From Edaphobacter aggregans (GTDB taxonomy: Bacteria; Acidobacteriota; Terriglobia; Terriglobales; Acidobacteriaceae): a stretch of 32,000 nt of DNA. Positions 24,543 to 31,829 of the stretch are shown in pieces. The notes beneath the pieces were generated by a model, which did no database searches, was not told the origin of the DNA, and was given only the letters and a program-made list of their open reading frames with translations. The DNA lies in the NCBI RefSeq assembly GCF_003945235.1, contig NZ_RSDW01000001.1, positions 540,001 through 572,000 on the forward strand, in the 5' to 3' direction. Position 1 is the stretch's first letter; each line of letters opens with the position of its first letter. The position numbers were made by a program, and so were the translations under genes.

Positions 24543-24733
24543 GCCATTTCATGCTAGCAGTAGATTTCTAGGCGATGCCTCGTCGGCCGTGGATGCTGGA
24601 GCGATTGTTATGATTGTGTTTGCGATGACGTTGCACATAATGGGCTTCCGTATGGAAACCTGTTTCTGCGTAGTGGACTCAGCGAGAGGATTGCGCTGAC
24701 CGCTGTGCTGGATGGCTCTTCGCGGGACACTCG

Positions 24734-26185
24734 ATGAATTTATATCTTGCGGCTTTGCTTCTCTACTCAGCCTTTCTGATGGCGTTAGGCGTCCTTATGA
24801 GTAGGAGGGTGAAGAACTCCTCGGATTTTCTTGTGGCGGGCCGGAGCCTTGGCGCGGGACGTTTGTTTGCGACGTTTCTTGCCGCGAATATCGGCGCTGG
24901 ATCGACGGTGGGGGCAACGGGGCTGGGCTATCGGTTTGGGATGTCGGCGTGGTGGTGGGTGGGTTCGGCTAGCATCGGGTGTTTTCTGCTGTCGCAGACG
25001 CTGGGGCCGAAGCTTTGGACGATGGCGAAGCAACATGGGCTGGCTACGCTTCCTGACTTTCTCGAGTTTCGTTATGGCAAGGCAGTGAAGGCGGTGATCG
25101 CGGTGCTGTTCTGGTTAGGGGCACTGTCGATTCTGGCTGGGCAGATTATTGCCATTGCCTGGATTCTCGATACGGTCGCGGGCATTCCCAAGTGGGCGGG
25201 CTGCGTGATCGGCGGCGCAGTTGCGATTGTGTATTGCACGGCGGGTGGGCTGATGTCGTCGGCATTTGTAAATATGTTCGAGTTGGCGGTGACGATGTCC
25301 GGCCTGCTGCTTGCGGTTCCCTTTGCACTGCACACGCTGGGAGGCTGGTCGCATGTGCAGGAGCTTGTGGCTGCGCAGAAGGGCGGCGCGGCGGCAGATT
25401 CGATGTTCAGTATGGTGGGTGCGGGTTCAAAGCAGATCTTCGCGTGGATCGCTATTCTTGTGCCGTCGTTCATGGTGTCACCAGGGCTTGTGCAGAAGGT
25501 CTATGGCGCGCGGGACGTGAAAACTGTGCGCCTTGGAGTGGGACTTAACTCGCTGGGGCAGGCGTTGTTTGCCTTTGTTCCGGCGATGCTTGGGTTGTGC
25601 GTGTTGGCGGTGTTGCCTCACCTTGCAAACCCGGAACTGGCGCTGCCGACGGCGATGAAGCTGCTGCTTCCGCGATGGCTTGGCGTGTGGACCCTGGCAT
25701 CGATCTTCTCGGCTGAGCTGAGCGCGACGGATGCGATCTTGTTTATGCTTTCCACGTCGCTCGCTGTCGATCTTTATAAGACGTTTCTGAATCCGCAGGT
25801 CTCACAGCGACGACTGCTCACGGTCAGCCGCGCTGCTTCAGTAAGTGCAGGCGTGCTGGGGCTTCTGCTGGCGATTGTGCTGCCTTCAATCATTGCGGCC
25901 GTCAAAATCTTTTACGGGCTGATCGCTGTCTCGCTTTTTGTCCCGGTGATTGCTGGGCTTTATTCGAAGCGTGTGCTTTCTTCCGCGGCCTTAACGAGTA
26001 TTGCTGCTGCCTTGATCGCTACCTTAGCGACGATGCTGGTGACGGGCGGACGAGGTCTGGGGCTACTCTCTCCAGAGGCTGTTGGGATAGGAACGGCAGC
26101 AGCTGTGATGATTGGGTTCCGCATCTTTTATCCTCGCCGCGCTGAACAGAATGTTGCTTTTGCTGGCGGCACAGGTTCTCGGTGA
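24734..26185 (+). CDS. Sodium:solute symporter (SSS/SLC5) family transporter
   Basis: 483 aa with about 13 hydrophobic segments. The N-terminal FLVAGRSLGAGRLFATFLAANIGAGSTVGATGLGY is typical of the SSS family. Confidence 0.8.
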   Translation: MNLYLAALLLYSAFLMALGVLMSRRVKNSSDFLVAGRSLGAGRLFATFLAANIGAGSTVGATGLGYRFGMSAWWWVGSASIGCFLLSQTLGPKLWTMAKQHGLATLPDFLEFRYGKAVKAVIAVLFWLGALSILAGQIIAIAWILDTVAGIPKWAGCVIGGAVAIVYCTAGGLMSSAFVNMFELAVTMSGLLLAVPFALHTLGGWSHVQELVAAQKGGAAADSMFSMVGAGSKQIFAWIAILVPSFMVSPGLVQKVYGARDVKTVRLGVGLNSLGQALFAFVPAMLGLCVLAVLPHLANPELALPTAMKLLLPRWLGVWTLASIFSAELSATDAILFMLSTSLAVDLYKTFLNPQVSQRRLLTVSRAASVSAGVLGLLLAIVLPSIIAAVKIFYGLIAVSLFVPVIAGLYSKRVLSSAALTSIAAALIATLATMLVTGGRGLGLLSPEAVGIGTAAAVMIGFRIFYPRRAEQNVAFAGGTGSR

Positions 26186-26205
26186 TTTTTTGAAAGAGGT
26201 ACTCC

Positions 26206-27294
26206 ATGCTTCGTCGTGAATTTACTCGCAATCTCGTGGGCTTGCCTTTGGGAGCGGCTCTCCCTTCGGTGGCATATGGGGATGATGCTGCGCTTGATGC
26301 GATGCCCCAGGGAGGCTCCATCACGGATGTTCCAGGGTTGAGGGTTGGGCACCATACGCTGAGCGAACGGCCTACCGGATGCACGGTGATTTTGTGCGAG
26401 GCCGGTGCGACGGCTGGGGTGGATGTGCGCGGCTCTGCTCCGGGAACGCGTGAGACGGATCTGCTGTCGCCGACGAACGCGGTGGAGAAGGCGCACGCCA
26501 TTCTCCTCTCAGGCGGGAGTGCTTTTGGGCTGGACGCAGCAAGCGGCGTGATGCGATATCTCGAGGAGCACAACATTGGTTACAAGATTGGCGAGCTCGG
26601 CGTCGTGCCGATTGTGCCTGCTGCGATTCTGATGGATCTTGGTGTGGGTAATTTCAAGATTCGGCCTAATGCTGACTCGGGTTACAAGGCTTGTGTAGCG
26701 GCTGGCACTGGACCGTTGGCAGAAGGAAATGTCGGCGCAGGAGCTGGCGCGACGATCGGGAAGATGTTTGGGGCGAAGTTTGCAATGAAGTCTGGATTGG
26801 GTACAGCGTGCGTCAAAGTGGGTGACACGGGGATCGTTGTTGGTGCCTTGGTTGCCGTGAATGCTGTCGGAGATGTGGTGCGTCCGGAGACGGGGAAAAT
26901 TATTGCCGGTGCGAGGAGTGAGGATGGAAAGGGCTTCCGCGACTCGATGAACGCAGTCATGAACGGATATCGCGTCGTTATGAAGAGCGGAGAGAATACT
27001 ACGATTGGGGTCGTCGCGACGAATGCGCCGTTCAACAAGACACAGATGACGAAGATTGCGCAGATGGCTCACGACGGCTATGCGCGCTCCGTCAACCCGG
27101 TGCACACGATGAGCGATGGGGACACAATTTTTTCGATGTCAACCGGTACAGCGAACGTAAAGGCTGACGTCTCAGCCATTGGCGCAGTTGCTGCTGTGGT
27201 GATGTCACGGGCGATTGTGCGAGCAGTGATGCAGGCGACGGGTCTACCGGAGCTTGGACTACCGGCGTATCGGGATTATGTTGCGCGACATTAG
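26206..27294 (+). CDS. Peptidase family S58 / P1 (DmpA/BapA-like L-aminopeptidase-D-esterase, beta-aminopeptidase family)
   Basis: 362 aa, starting 20 nt after the symporter stop, with AAGAGG upstream. Family hallmarks: ITDVPGLRVGHHTL...TGCTVIL...GVDVRGSAPGTRETDLL...AILLSGGSAFGLDAASGVMRYLEE and GENTTIGVVATNAP. Confidence 0.8.
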   Translation: MLRREFTRNLVGLPLGAALPSVAYGDDAALDAMPQGGSITDVPGLRVGHHTLSERPTGCTVILCEAGATAGVDVRGSAPGTRETDLLSPTNAVEKAHAILLSGGSAFGLDAASGVMRYLEEHNIGYKIGELGVVPIVPAAILMDLGVGNFKIRPNADSGYKACVAAGTGPLAEGNVGAGAGATIGKMFGAKFAMKSGLGTACVKVGDTGIVVGALVAVNAVGDVVRPETGKIIAGARSEDGKGFRDSMNAVMNGYRVVMKSGENTTIGVVATNAPFNKTQMTKIAQMAHDGYARSVNPVHTMSDGDTIFSMSTGTANVKADVSAIGAVAAVVMSRAIVRAVMQATGLPELGLPAYRDYVARH

Positions 27295-27297
27295 CGA

Positions 27298-28317
27298 TTA
27301 AAAATCTTCGTGAAAGGCCACCTCTCCGGCAACGGCAACCTGATAAGCGGAGACGCGGCGCTCGAAGAAATTGGCGAGTTCCTGCACGTCTTGTAGCTCC
27401 ATGAATGCGAATGGATTCTTGGCGCCGAAGATTGGCTTCATGCCCAGTCGAACGACGCGAGAGTCCGCTACATACTCGAGGTATTGGCGCATCTCGCGTA
27501 CGGAGAGCCCGGCGACGCCACCTGAGAGCAGGTCTTCGGCGAACTGCAGCTCGCAGTCTACTGCCTCTTTCATCATCTCGACGACTTCGCTTTCGAGTTG
27601 TGCGTCGAAGAGCTCTGGGTGTTCGGCGCGAACGACGTTGACTACTTCGAACGCGAACTCAAGATGGCAGCTCTCGTCGCGAAAGACCCAATTAGTGCCC
27701 GCCGCGAGTCCGTTGAGCAGGCCACGAGAGCGCAGAAAGTAGACGTAAGCGAACGCTGCGAAGAAGAAGAGGCCTTCGATGCAGCCGGCGAAGCAGATAA
27801 GGTTGAGCAGGAACTGTCTGGATTCGGATAGGGTGCGCAGCTCGTCAAGCTTTTGGATGGAGTCCATCCACTTCATGCAGAACTGCGCCTTCTTGGTGAT
27901 GGAAGGAATGTTTTCGACTGCTGCGAATGCGGCTGCGCGAGCGTCAGGATCAGGGACGTAGTTATCGAGCAACGTCAGGTAGAACTGCACATGAACTGCC
28001 TCTTCAAAGAGCTGGCGGGAGAGATAGAGGCGCGCTTCGGGCGAGTTAATGTGCTTGTAGAGATTGAGCACGAGGTTGTTGGAGACGATGGAGTCGCCCG
28101 TTGCGAAGAAGGCTACGAGACGCTGAATCAGATGGATCTCAGCCGGTGTAAGCCGAGAGCGCAGGTCGACGAGATCGGTTGAGAAGTCAACCTCTTCGAC
28201 GGTCCAGGTGTTGCGGATACCGTCTTTGAACATGTCGAAGAAGACGGGATAGCGCATGGGACGCAGGGTAAGCGATAGGCCTGGATCAAGGATGGAATGG
28301 GGCGTTTGTACTGACAT
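27298..28317 (-). CDS. nrdB: Class I ribonucleoside-diphosphate reductase, beta (R2) subunit
   Basis: 339 aa with GGAGA 6 nt before the ATG, immediately downstream of nrdA. It has the R2 di-iron/tyrosyl pattern: NTWTVEEVDFS.D, FFATGDSIV, EAVHVQFY, FFAAFAYVYFLRSRGLL, RDESCHLEF. Confidence 0.9.
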   Translation of the reverse strand: MSVQTPHSILDPGLSLTLRPMRYPVFFDMFKDGIRNTWTVEEVDFSTDLVDLRSRLTPAEIHLIQRLVAFFATGDSIVSNNLVLNLYKHINSPEARLYLSRQLFEEAVHVQFYLTLLDNYVPDPDARAAAFAAVENIPSITKKAQFCMKWMDSIQKLDELRTLSESRQFLLNLICFAGCIEGLFFFAAFAYVYFLRSRGLLNGLAAGTNWVFRDESCHLEFAFEVVNVVRAEHPELFDAQLESEVVEMMKEAVDCELQFAEDLLSGGVAGLSVREMRQYLEYVADSRVVRLGMKPIFGAKNPFAFMELQDVQELANFFERRVSAYQVAVAGEVAFHEDF

Positions 28318-28328
28318 GATGTTCTCCG

Positions 28329-30782
28329 TTACTGGCAGGCTTCGCAGGATTCAGGGTTGTCGAGGGAGCAGCTGACGTTCGCGTTCGCAGAGATGTCGAT
28401 GCTCTCGCGGCTAGCCACAACTGTAGTTTTCGCGATTCTGGTGGCGGGACGAGAGCGCAAATAGTAGGTGGTCTTAATACCGCGCTTCCACGCGTACATG
28501 TACATGGAGCTGAGGCGGCCGATGTTTGGCGACTCGGCAAAGAGGTTGAGGGATTGGCTCTGGTCGATGTAGGCTCCACGGTCGGCGGCCATGTCGATGA
28601 GCGAGCGCATGGGAACTTCCCATACGGTCCGGTAGATGAGCTTGACCTCGTCGGAGATCTCGTTGATCTTCTGGATCGAGCCTTCGGCCAGCTTGATGCG
28701 CGAACGCATCTCTTCCGACCAGAGGCCTAGCTGCTTGAGTTCGCTGACGAGATATTTGTTGATCTGCATGAACTCGCCCGAGAGGGTTTCGCGCTTGAAC
28801 ATATTGGATATCTGCGGTTCGATGCACTCGTAGCAGCCAACGATAGAGGCGATTGTTGCTGTGGGTGCAACGGCAATCATGAGCGAGTTGCGAAGTCCAA
28901 CGGTCTTGATGCGCTCGCGCAGATTGTCCCAGCGTTTGGTGTCGGGCGGGGTGACTCCCCATAGATCGAACTGGAATTCGCCTTTGGCTGCACGGGTTTC
29001 CGTGAATGCCGCGTGTGCGCCGTGCTTTTCTGCGAGGTCGCAGGAAGCCGTGAGCGCGTGAAAATAAATCTCTTCCTGGATCTTCGCGGAGAGGGCGCGG
29101 GCTTCTGGTGAGTCAAAGGCGATGCGCATCTGGAAGAACACGTCCTGCAGGCCCATGACGCCGAGGCCGACGGGTCTCCAGCGACTGTTGGAGGAAGCGG
29201 CTTGTGGGACGGGGTAATAGTTGATGTCGATGACGCGGTCAAGCATCGGGATGGCGTGGTAGACGGTGGCGGCAAGCTTCTCGAAGTCGAAAGCTCCGTC
29301 GCTGAGATGGCGCACGAGGTTGATGGAGCCGAGGTTGCAGACAGCAGTCTCGGCTGACGAGGTGACCTCGGTGATCTCGGTGCAGAGATTTGAGAGATGA
29401 ACTACGTTCTCGGGAAGGCCGGTCTGGTTGCACTTGGTGTTGCAGGCATCCTTGAAGACCATCCAGCCATTGCCGGTCTCGGCGAGCGTGCGCATCATAC
29501 GGGCGTAGAGATCGCGCGCCTTGACCTGGCGGATGTACAGGTGTTTCTCTTCGGCTTCGATGTAGGCCTTTTCGAAGGCTTCGCCATAAAGATCAGTAAG
29601 GTGTGGAACGTCCTTCGGGTCGAAGAGCGACCAGGTGCCGTCCTCGTCGGAGCGACGCATGAAGAGATCGGGAATCCAGTTGGCGAGGTTGAGATTGTAG
29701 GTGCGGCGGGCCTGATCGCCGGTGTTGTCGCGCATCTCGAGGAACGATTCGACATCGGCGTGCCATGGCTCGAGATAGACGCAGCAGGCTCCCTTGCGCT
29801 TGCCTCCCTGATTGACAGCGGCTACAGAAGCATCGAGCGTGCGCAGCCAGGGGACGATGCCATTTGAGAGGCCGTTGGTGGCGCGGATGAGCGAGCCTTC
29901 GGACCGGATGCGGTGGAAGGCTAGACCGATGCCTCCGGAGAATTTGGAGAGGAGCGCGATTTGTTTGTAAGCGTCGTAGATGGAGTCGAGCGAGTCTTTT
30001 GGCGAATCGAGCAGATAGCAGGAGGACATCTGCGAGTGCTTTGTGCCGCTGTTAAAGAGGGTCGGAGAGCTTGGCAGATAGTCGTGCGACGCGAGTAGAT
30101 TGTAGAAATCGACAGCTTCGTTGACGCGAACGGAGAGGCCGGCAGAGACGCGCATGAAGAAGTATTGCGGCGTCTCCATGACCTGCCTGGTGATGGGATG
30201 GCGCAGCAGATAGCGGTCGTAGACCGTACGCAGGCCGAAGTATTCGAAGCGATCGGACAGGCGGTCGTCGATGGCGCTATTGAGCTTGCGGGCGTTGGCG
30301 CTGACGAACTCAGCAGTGTCCTTTGAAATGACGCCTTCGCGATGGCCGGTCTCAATGGACTGTGAGAAGGAGTAGATGTTCTGGCCGGCGACCTCTTTGG
30401 CGATAGTGGCCAGCAGCAGACGTGCCGCGAGGCGGGAGTACTCGGGCTCCTCGGCGATGAGCGCGGCTGCGGTCTGGATCGAGATTGAGTCTAGCTCGCG
30501 TGTGGATGCGCCATCGAAGAGGCCGCCGATAGTCTTGCTGGCGACACGAATGGGATCGACGTGGGGCAGGCCGTGGCAGCAGCGCTCGACGGCGCGAACG
30601 ATCTTGTTAACGTCGACGGGCTCGAGCGATCCGTTGCGCTTGCGCACTTGCATCTGCGGCGCTGCTTCGGCTGGAGGAAAGTTCGGGTCGAGTTCGGTGA
30701 GCGTCGTCTGAAGAGTGGCCACGGAGCGTCCTTTCGCTCCGAGTGAAATAGATGGACGATCGCTGGAATAGACTGCGATCAC
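28329..30782 (-). CDS. nrdA: Class Ia ribonucleoside-diphosphate reductase, alpha (R1) subunit with ATP-cone
   Basis: The track ORF starts at a GTG at 30827, but that codon lies inside the riboswitch expression platform. I prefer the GTG at 30782, which is 5 nt after GGAGG. The ATG at 30653 (MQVRKRNGSLEPVDVNKIVRAV, ATP-cone) is the alternative. R1 motifs: SPTLFNSGT, SCYLL, GGIGLAFHRIRSEGS, NQGGKRKGACCVYLEPWH, SNLCTEI, APTATIASI, YYLRS, and a C-terminal CxxC-like CSLDNPESCEACQ. Confidence 0.9.
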   Translation of the reverse strand: MIAVYSSDRPSISLGAKGRSVATLQTTLTELDPNFPPAEAAPQMQVRKRNGSLEPVDVNKIVRAVERCCHGLPHVDPIRVASKTIGGLFDGASTRELDSISIQTAAALIAEEPEYSRLAARLLLATIAKEVAGQNIYSFSQSIETGHREGVISKDTAEFVSANARKLNSAIDDRLSDRFEYFGLRTVYDRYLLRHPITRQVMETPQYFFMRVSAGLSVRVNEAVDFYNLLASHDYLPSSPTLFNSGTKHSQMSSCYLLDSPKDSLDSIYDAYKQIALLSKFSGGIGLAFHRIRSEGSLIRATNGLSNGIVPWLRTLDASVAAVNQGGKRKGACCVYLEPWHADVESFLEMRDNTGDQARRTYNLNLANWIPDLFMRRSDEDGTWSLFDPKDVPHLTDLYGEAFEKAYIEAEEKHLYIRQVKARDLYARMMRTLAETGNGWMVFKDACNTKCNQTGLPENVVHLSNLCTEITEVTSSAETAVCNLGSINLVRHLSDGAFDFEKLAATVYHAIPMLDRVIDINYYPVPQAASSNSRWRPVGLGVMGLQDVFFQMRIAFDSPEARALSAKIQEEIYFHALTASCDLAEKHGAHAAFTETRAAKGEFQFDLWGVTPPDTKRWDNLRERIKTVGLRNSLMIAVAPTATIASIVGCYECIEPQISNMFKRETLSGEFMQINKYLVSELKQLGLWSEEMRSRIKLAEGSIQKINEISDEVKLIYRTVWEVPMRSLIDMAADRGAYIDQSQSLNLFAESPNIGRLSSMYMYAWKRGIKTTYYLRSRPATRIAKTTVVASRESIDISANANVSCSLDNPESCEACQ

Positions 30783-31001
30783 CGCATCCTCCCCTCGGAG
30801 GTGTGTGAGTTCGTGCCCTTTCGGCACGGCTCCATGGCAGGTCTTCGGACTTGCAGGCTACCTACTTGCTCCAGCTTCCCAGTTCACGGCTGAACCAGTG
30901 CTTGTGTGGAGCGTTCGTTCCTGCTTACCGCTGCGGGGCAGTTCCGGATTTTCACCGGATTCCCTTTTCAGTCTGAATCTCTCGAATCAGACACCGTGGA
31001 G
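30783..31001 (-). promoter_or_regulatory. Cobalamin (B12) riboswitch with an SD-sequestering hairpin, in the 5' leader of nrdAB
   Basis: The minus strand carries the canonical core: AAAAGGGAAUCCGGUGAAAAUCCGGAACUGCCCCGCAGCGGUAAGC ... AAGCACUGG (B12-box variant, 30901-30895) ... CUGGGAAGC ... AGUCCGAAGACCUGCC. P1 is CUCCACGG (31001-30994) with CCAUGGAG (30837-30830). Downstream lie the hairpin CGUGCC-GAAA-GGGCACG, then CCUCC-GAGG-GGAGG (30801-30788), which pairs the SD. Confidence 0.9.
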
Positions 31002-31008
31002 TGAACTG

Positions 31009-31037
31009 ACTATAACAAGGGTCTGCGATGGGGTCAA
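31009..31037 (-). promoter_or_regulatory. Candidate sigma70-type promoter driving the riboswitch-nrdAB transcript
   Basis: The minus strand reads TTGACC (31037-31032), a 17-nt spacer, then TATAGT (31014-31009), placed 7-8 nt upstream of the riboswitch P1. Confidence 0.55.
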
Positions 31038-31210
31038 CATCGATATGTTGGGGTGGGGATGTAATTCGACCCACTCCGTCACAAGGCACGCCCGTGCAAG
31101 ACAATATTCATGAAAATGGCTCAATAGTGAGCTTATCCGGGGTCAGCAAGAGAGGCCTAGCCCTTCCGACTCGGCCTTTGCACTTCCTTGCGAAGTCTTT
31201 TGATCGCTAT

Positions 31211-31357
31211 CTAAACTTTTTTTCCACCGACAAAGTTCATGATCAAAGAAATCAACGCAAAGATAAGAAGCAGATGAATAAGGAAGCTGCTTACGTGCAA
31301 GACGAAGAACCCACCCAGCCACAGTACGATCAACACAATTGCGAGAATAAGAAACAT
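31211..31357 (-). CDS. 48-aa lmo0937/DUF5670-type small membrane protein (below the ORF-track size cutoff)
   Basis: The minus strand encodes MFLILAIVLIVLWLGGFFVLHVSSFLIHLLLIFALISLIMNFVGGKKV. It has two TM helices, and the pattern MF.ILAIVLIVLWL.GF...H...HLLL..A...LI..L..G matches the family as I recall it. Confidence 0.6.
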   Translation of the reverse strand: MFLILAIVLIVLWLGGFFVLHVSSFLIHLLLIFALISLIMNFVGGKKV

Positions 31358-31475
31358 GGGAGACACCTGCTTTCTTATCGATGAAATTGACCGCGGCCAC
31401 AGCTAACAGATAAGAGAGCAGATATGTCGGATTCGTTGCACGGCCACGAAACTTAGATACTCTCTCAGTGCAGTG

Positions 31476-31515
31476 AAAAAGCAAGAGGCGTGCCGATAAA
31501 TTCAGCACGCCTCTT
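31476..31515 (-). terminator. Rho-independent terminator after the MoaD/ThiS-like gene
   Basis: Perfect 11-bp inverted repeat aagaggcgtgc (31483-31493) / gcacgcctctt (31505-31515) with an 11-nt loop. On the minus strand it is followed by GCUUUUUC (31482-31475). Confidence 0.8.
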
Positions 31516-31547
31516 ATCCCATGTTCTTTTCTTTGACGGGGTTCGAC

Positions 31548-31829
31548 TTAGACAGTGCCACCCGCGATGGAAGGAATCAACATCACCTCGTCACCATCTT
31601 GGAACGAATAGGTCTCCCCACCGAGAAAGCGGATGTCTTCATCGTTGACATAGATGTTGATGAAGCGGCGGAGCTTGCCGTCGTCATCCTTGATCTGCGT
31701 TCCCAGCGCGGGGAAGGTCTGCTCGATATCGGCTATCAACCCGGGCAGATTCGTAGCAGTGGAGTCGAACTGCTTACGGCCATCAGTGTGGCGGGTGAAG
31801 GCGGTCGGGAGCACAACTTTGATTGCCAT
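31548..31829 (-). CDS. MoaD/ThiS-family ubiquitin-like sulfur-carrier protein (CysO-like) with a C-terminal GG-TV extension
   Basis: 93 aa: MAIKVVLPTAFTRHTDGRKQFDSTA...LRRFINIYVNDEDIRFLGGETYSFQDGDEVMLIPSIAGGTV. The RRF.NIYVNDEDIRF and IP.(I/V)AGG strings are typical of CysO/MoaD-type carriers. The start ATG shares its A with the TAA stop of the upstream gene (TAATG). Confidence 0.8.
   Translation of the reverse strand: MAIKVVLPTAFTRHTDGRKQFDSTATNLPGLIADIEQTFPALGTQIKDDDGKLRRFINIYVNDEDIRFLGGETYSFQDGDEVMLIPSIAGGTV

Noticed and set aside
24543-24733. Riboswitch or metal-responsive operator between the multicopper oxidase and the symporter
   Set aside because: I could identify no conserved riboswitch core, CueR/CsoR-type palindrome or convincing hairpin.
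30783-30827. Track-proposed GTG start of nrdA at 30827 (MPKGHELTHLRGEDAV...)
   Set aside because: These codons lie inside the riboswitch expression platform (the hairpin CGUGCC-GAAA-GGGCACG and the anti-SD CCUCC) and upstream of the only Shine-Dalgarno. The start was moved to the GTG at 30782.
31028-31508. Overlapping 118-aa (+) and 121-aa (-) ORFs
   Set aside because: Neither has recognisable features. A 48-aa ORF in another minus frame matches a known small-membrane-protein family and explains the region better.
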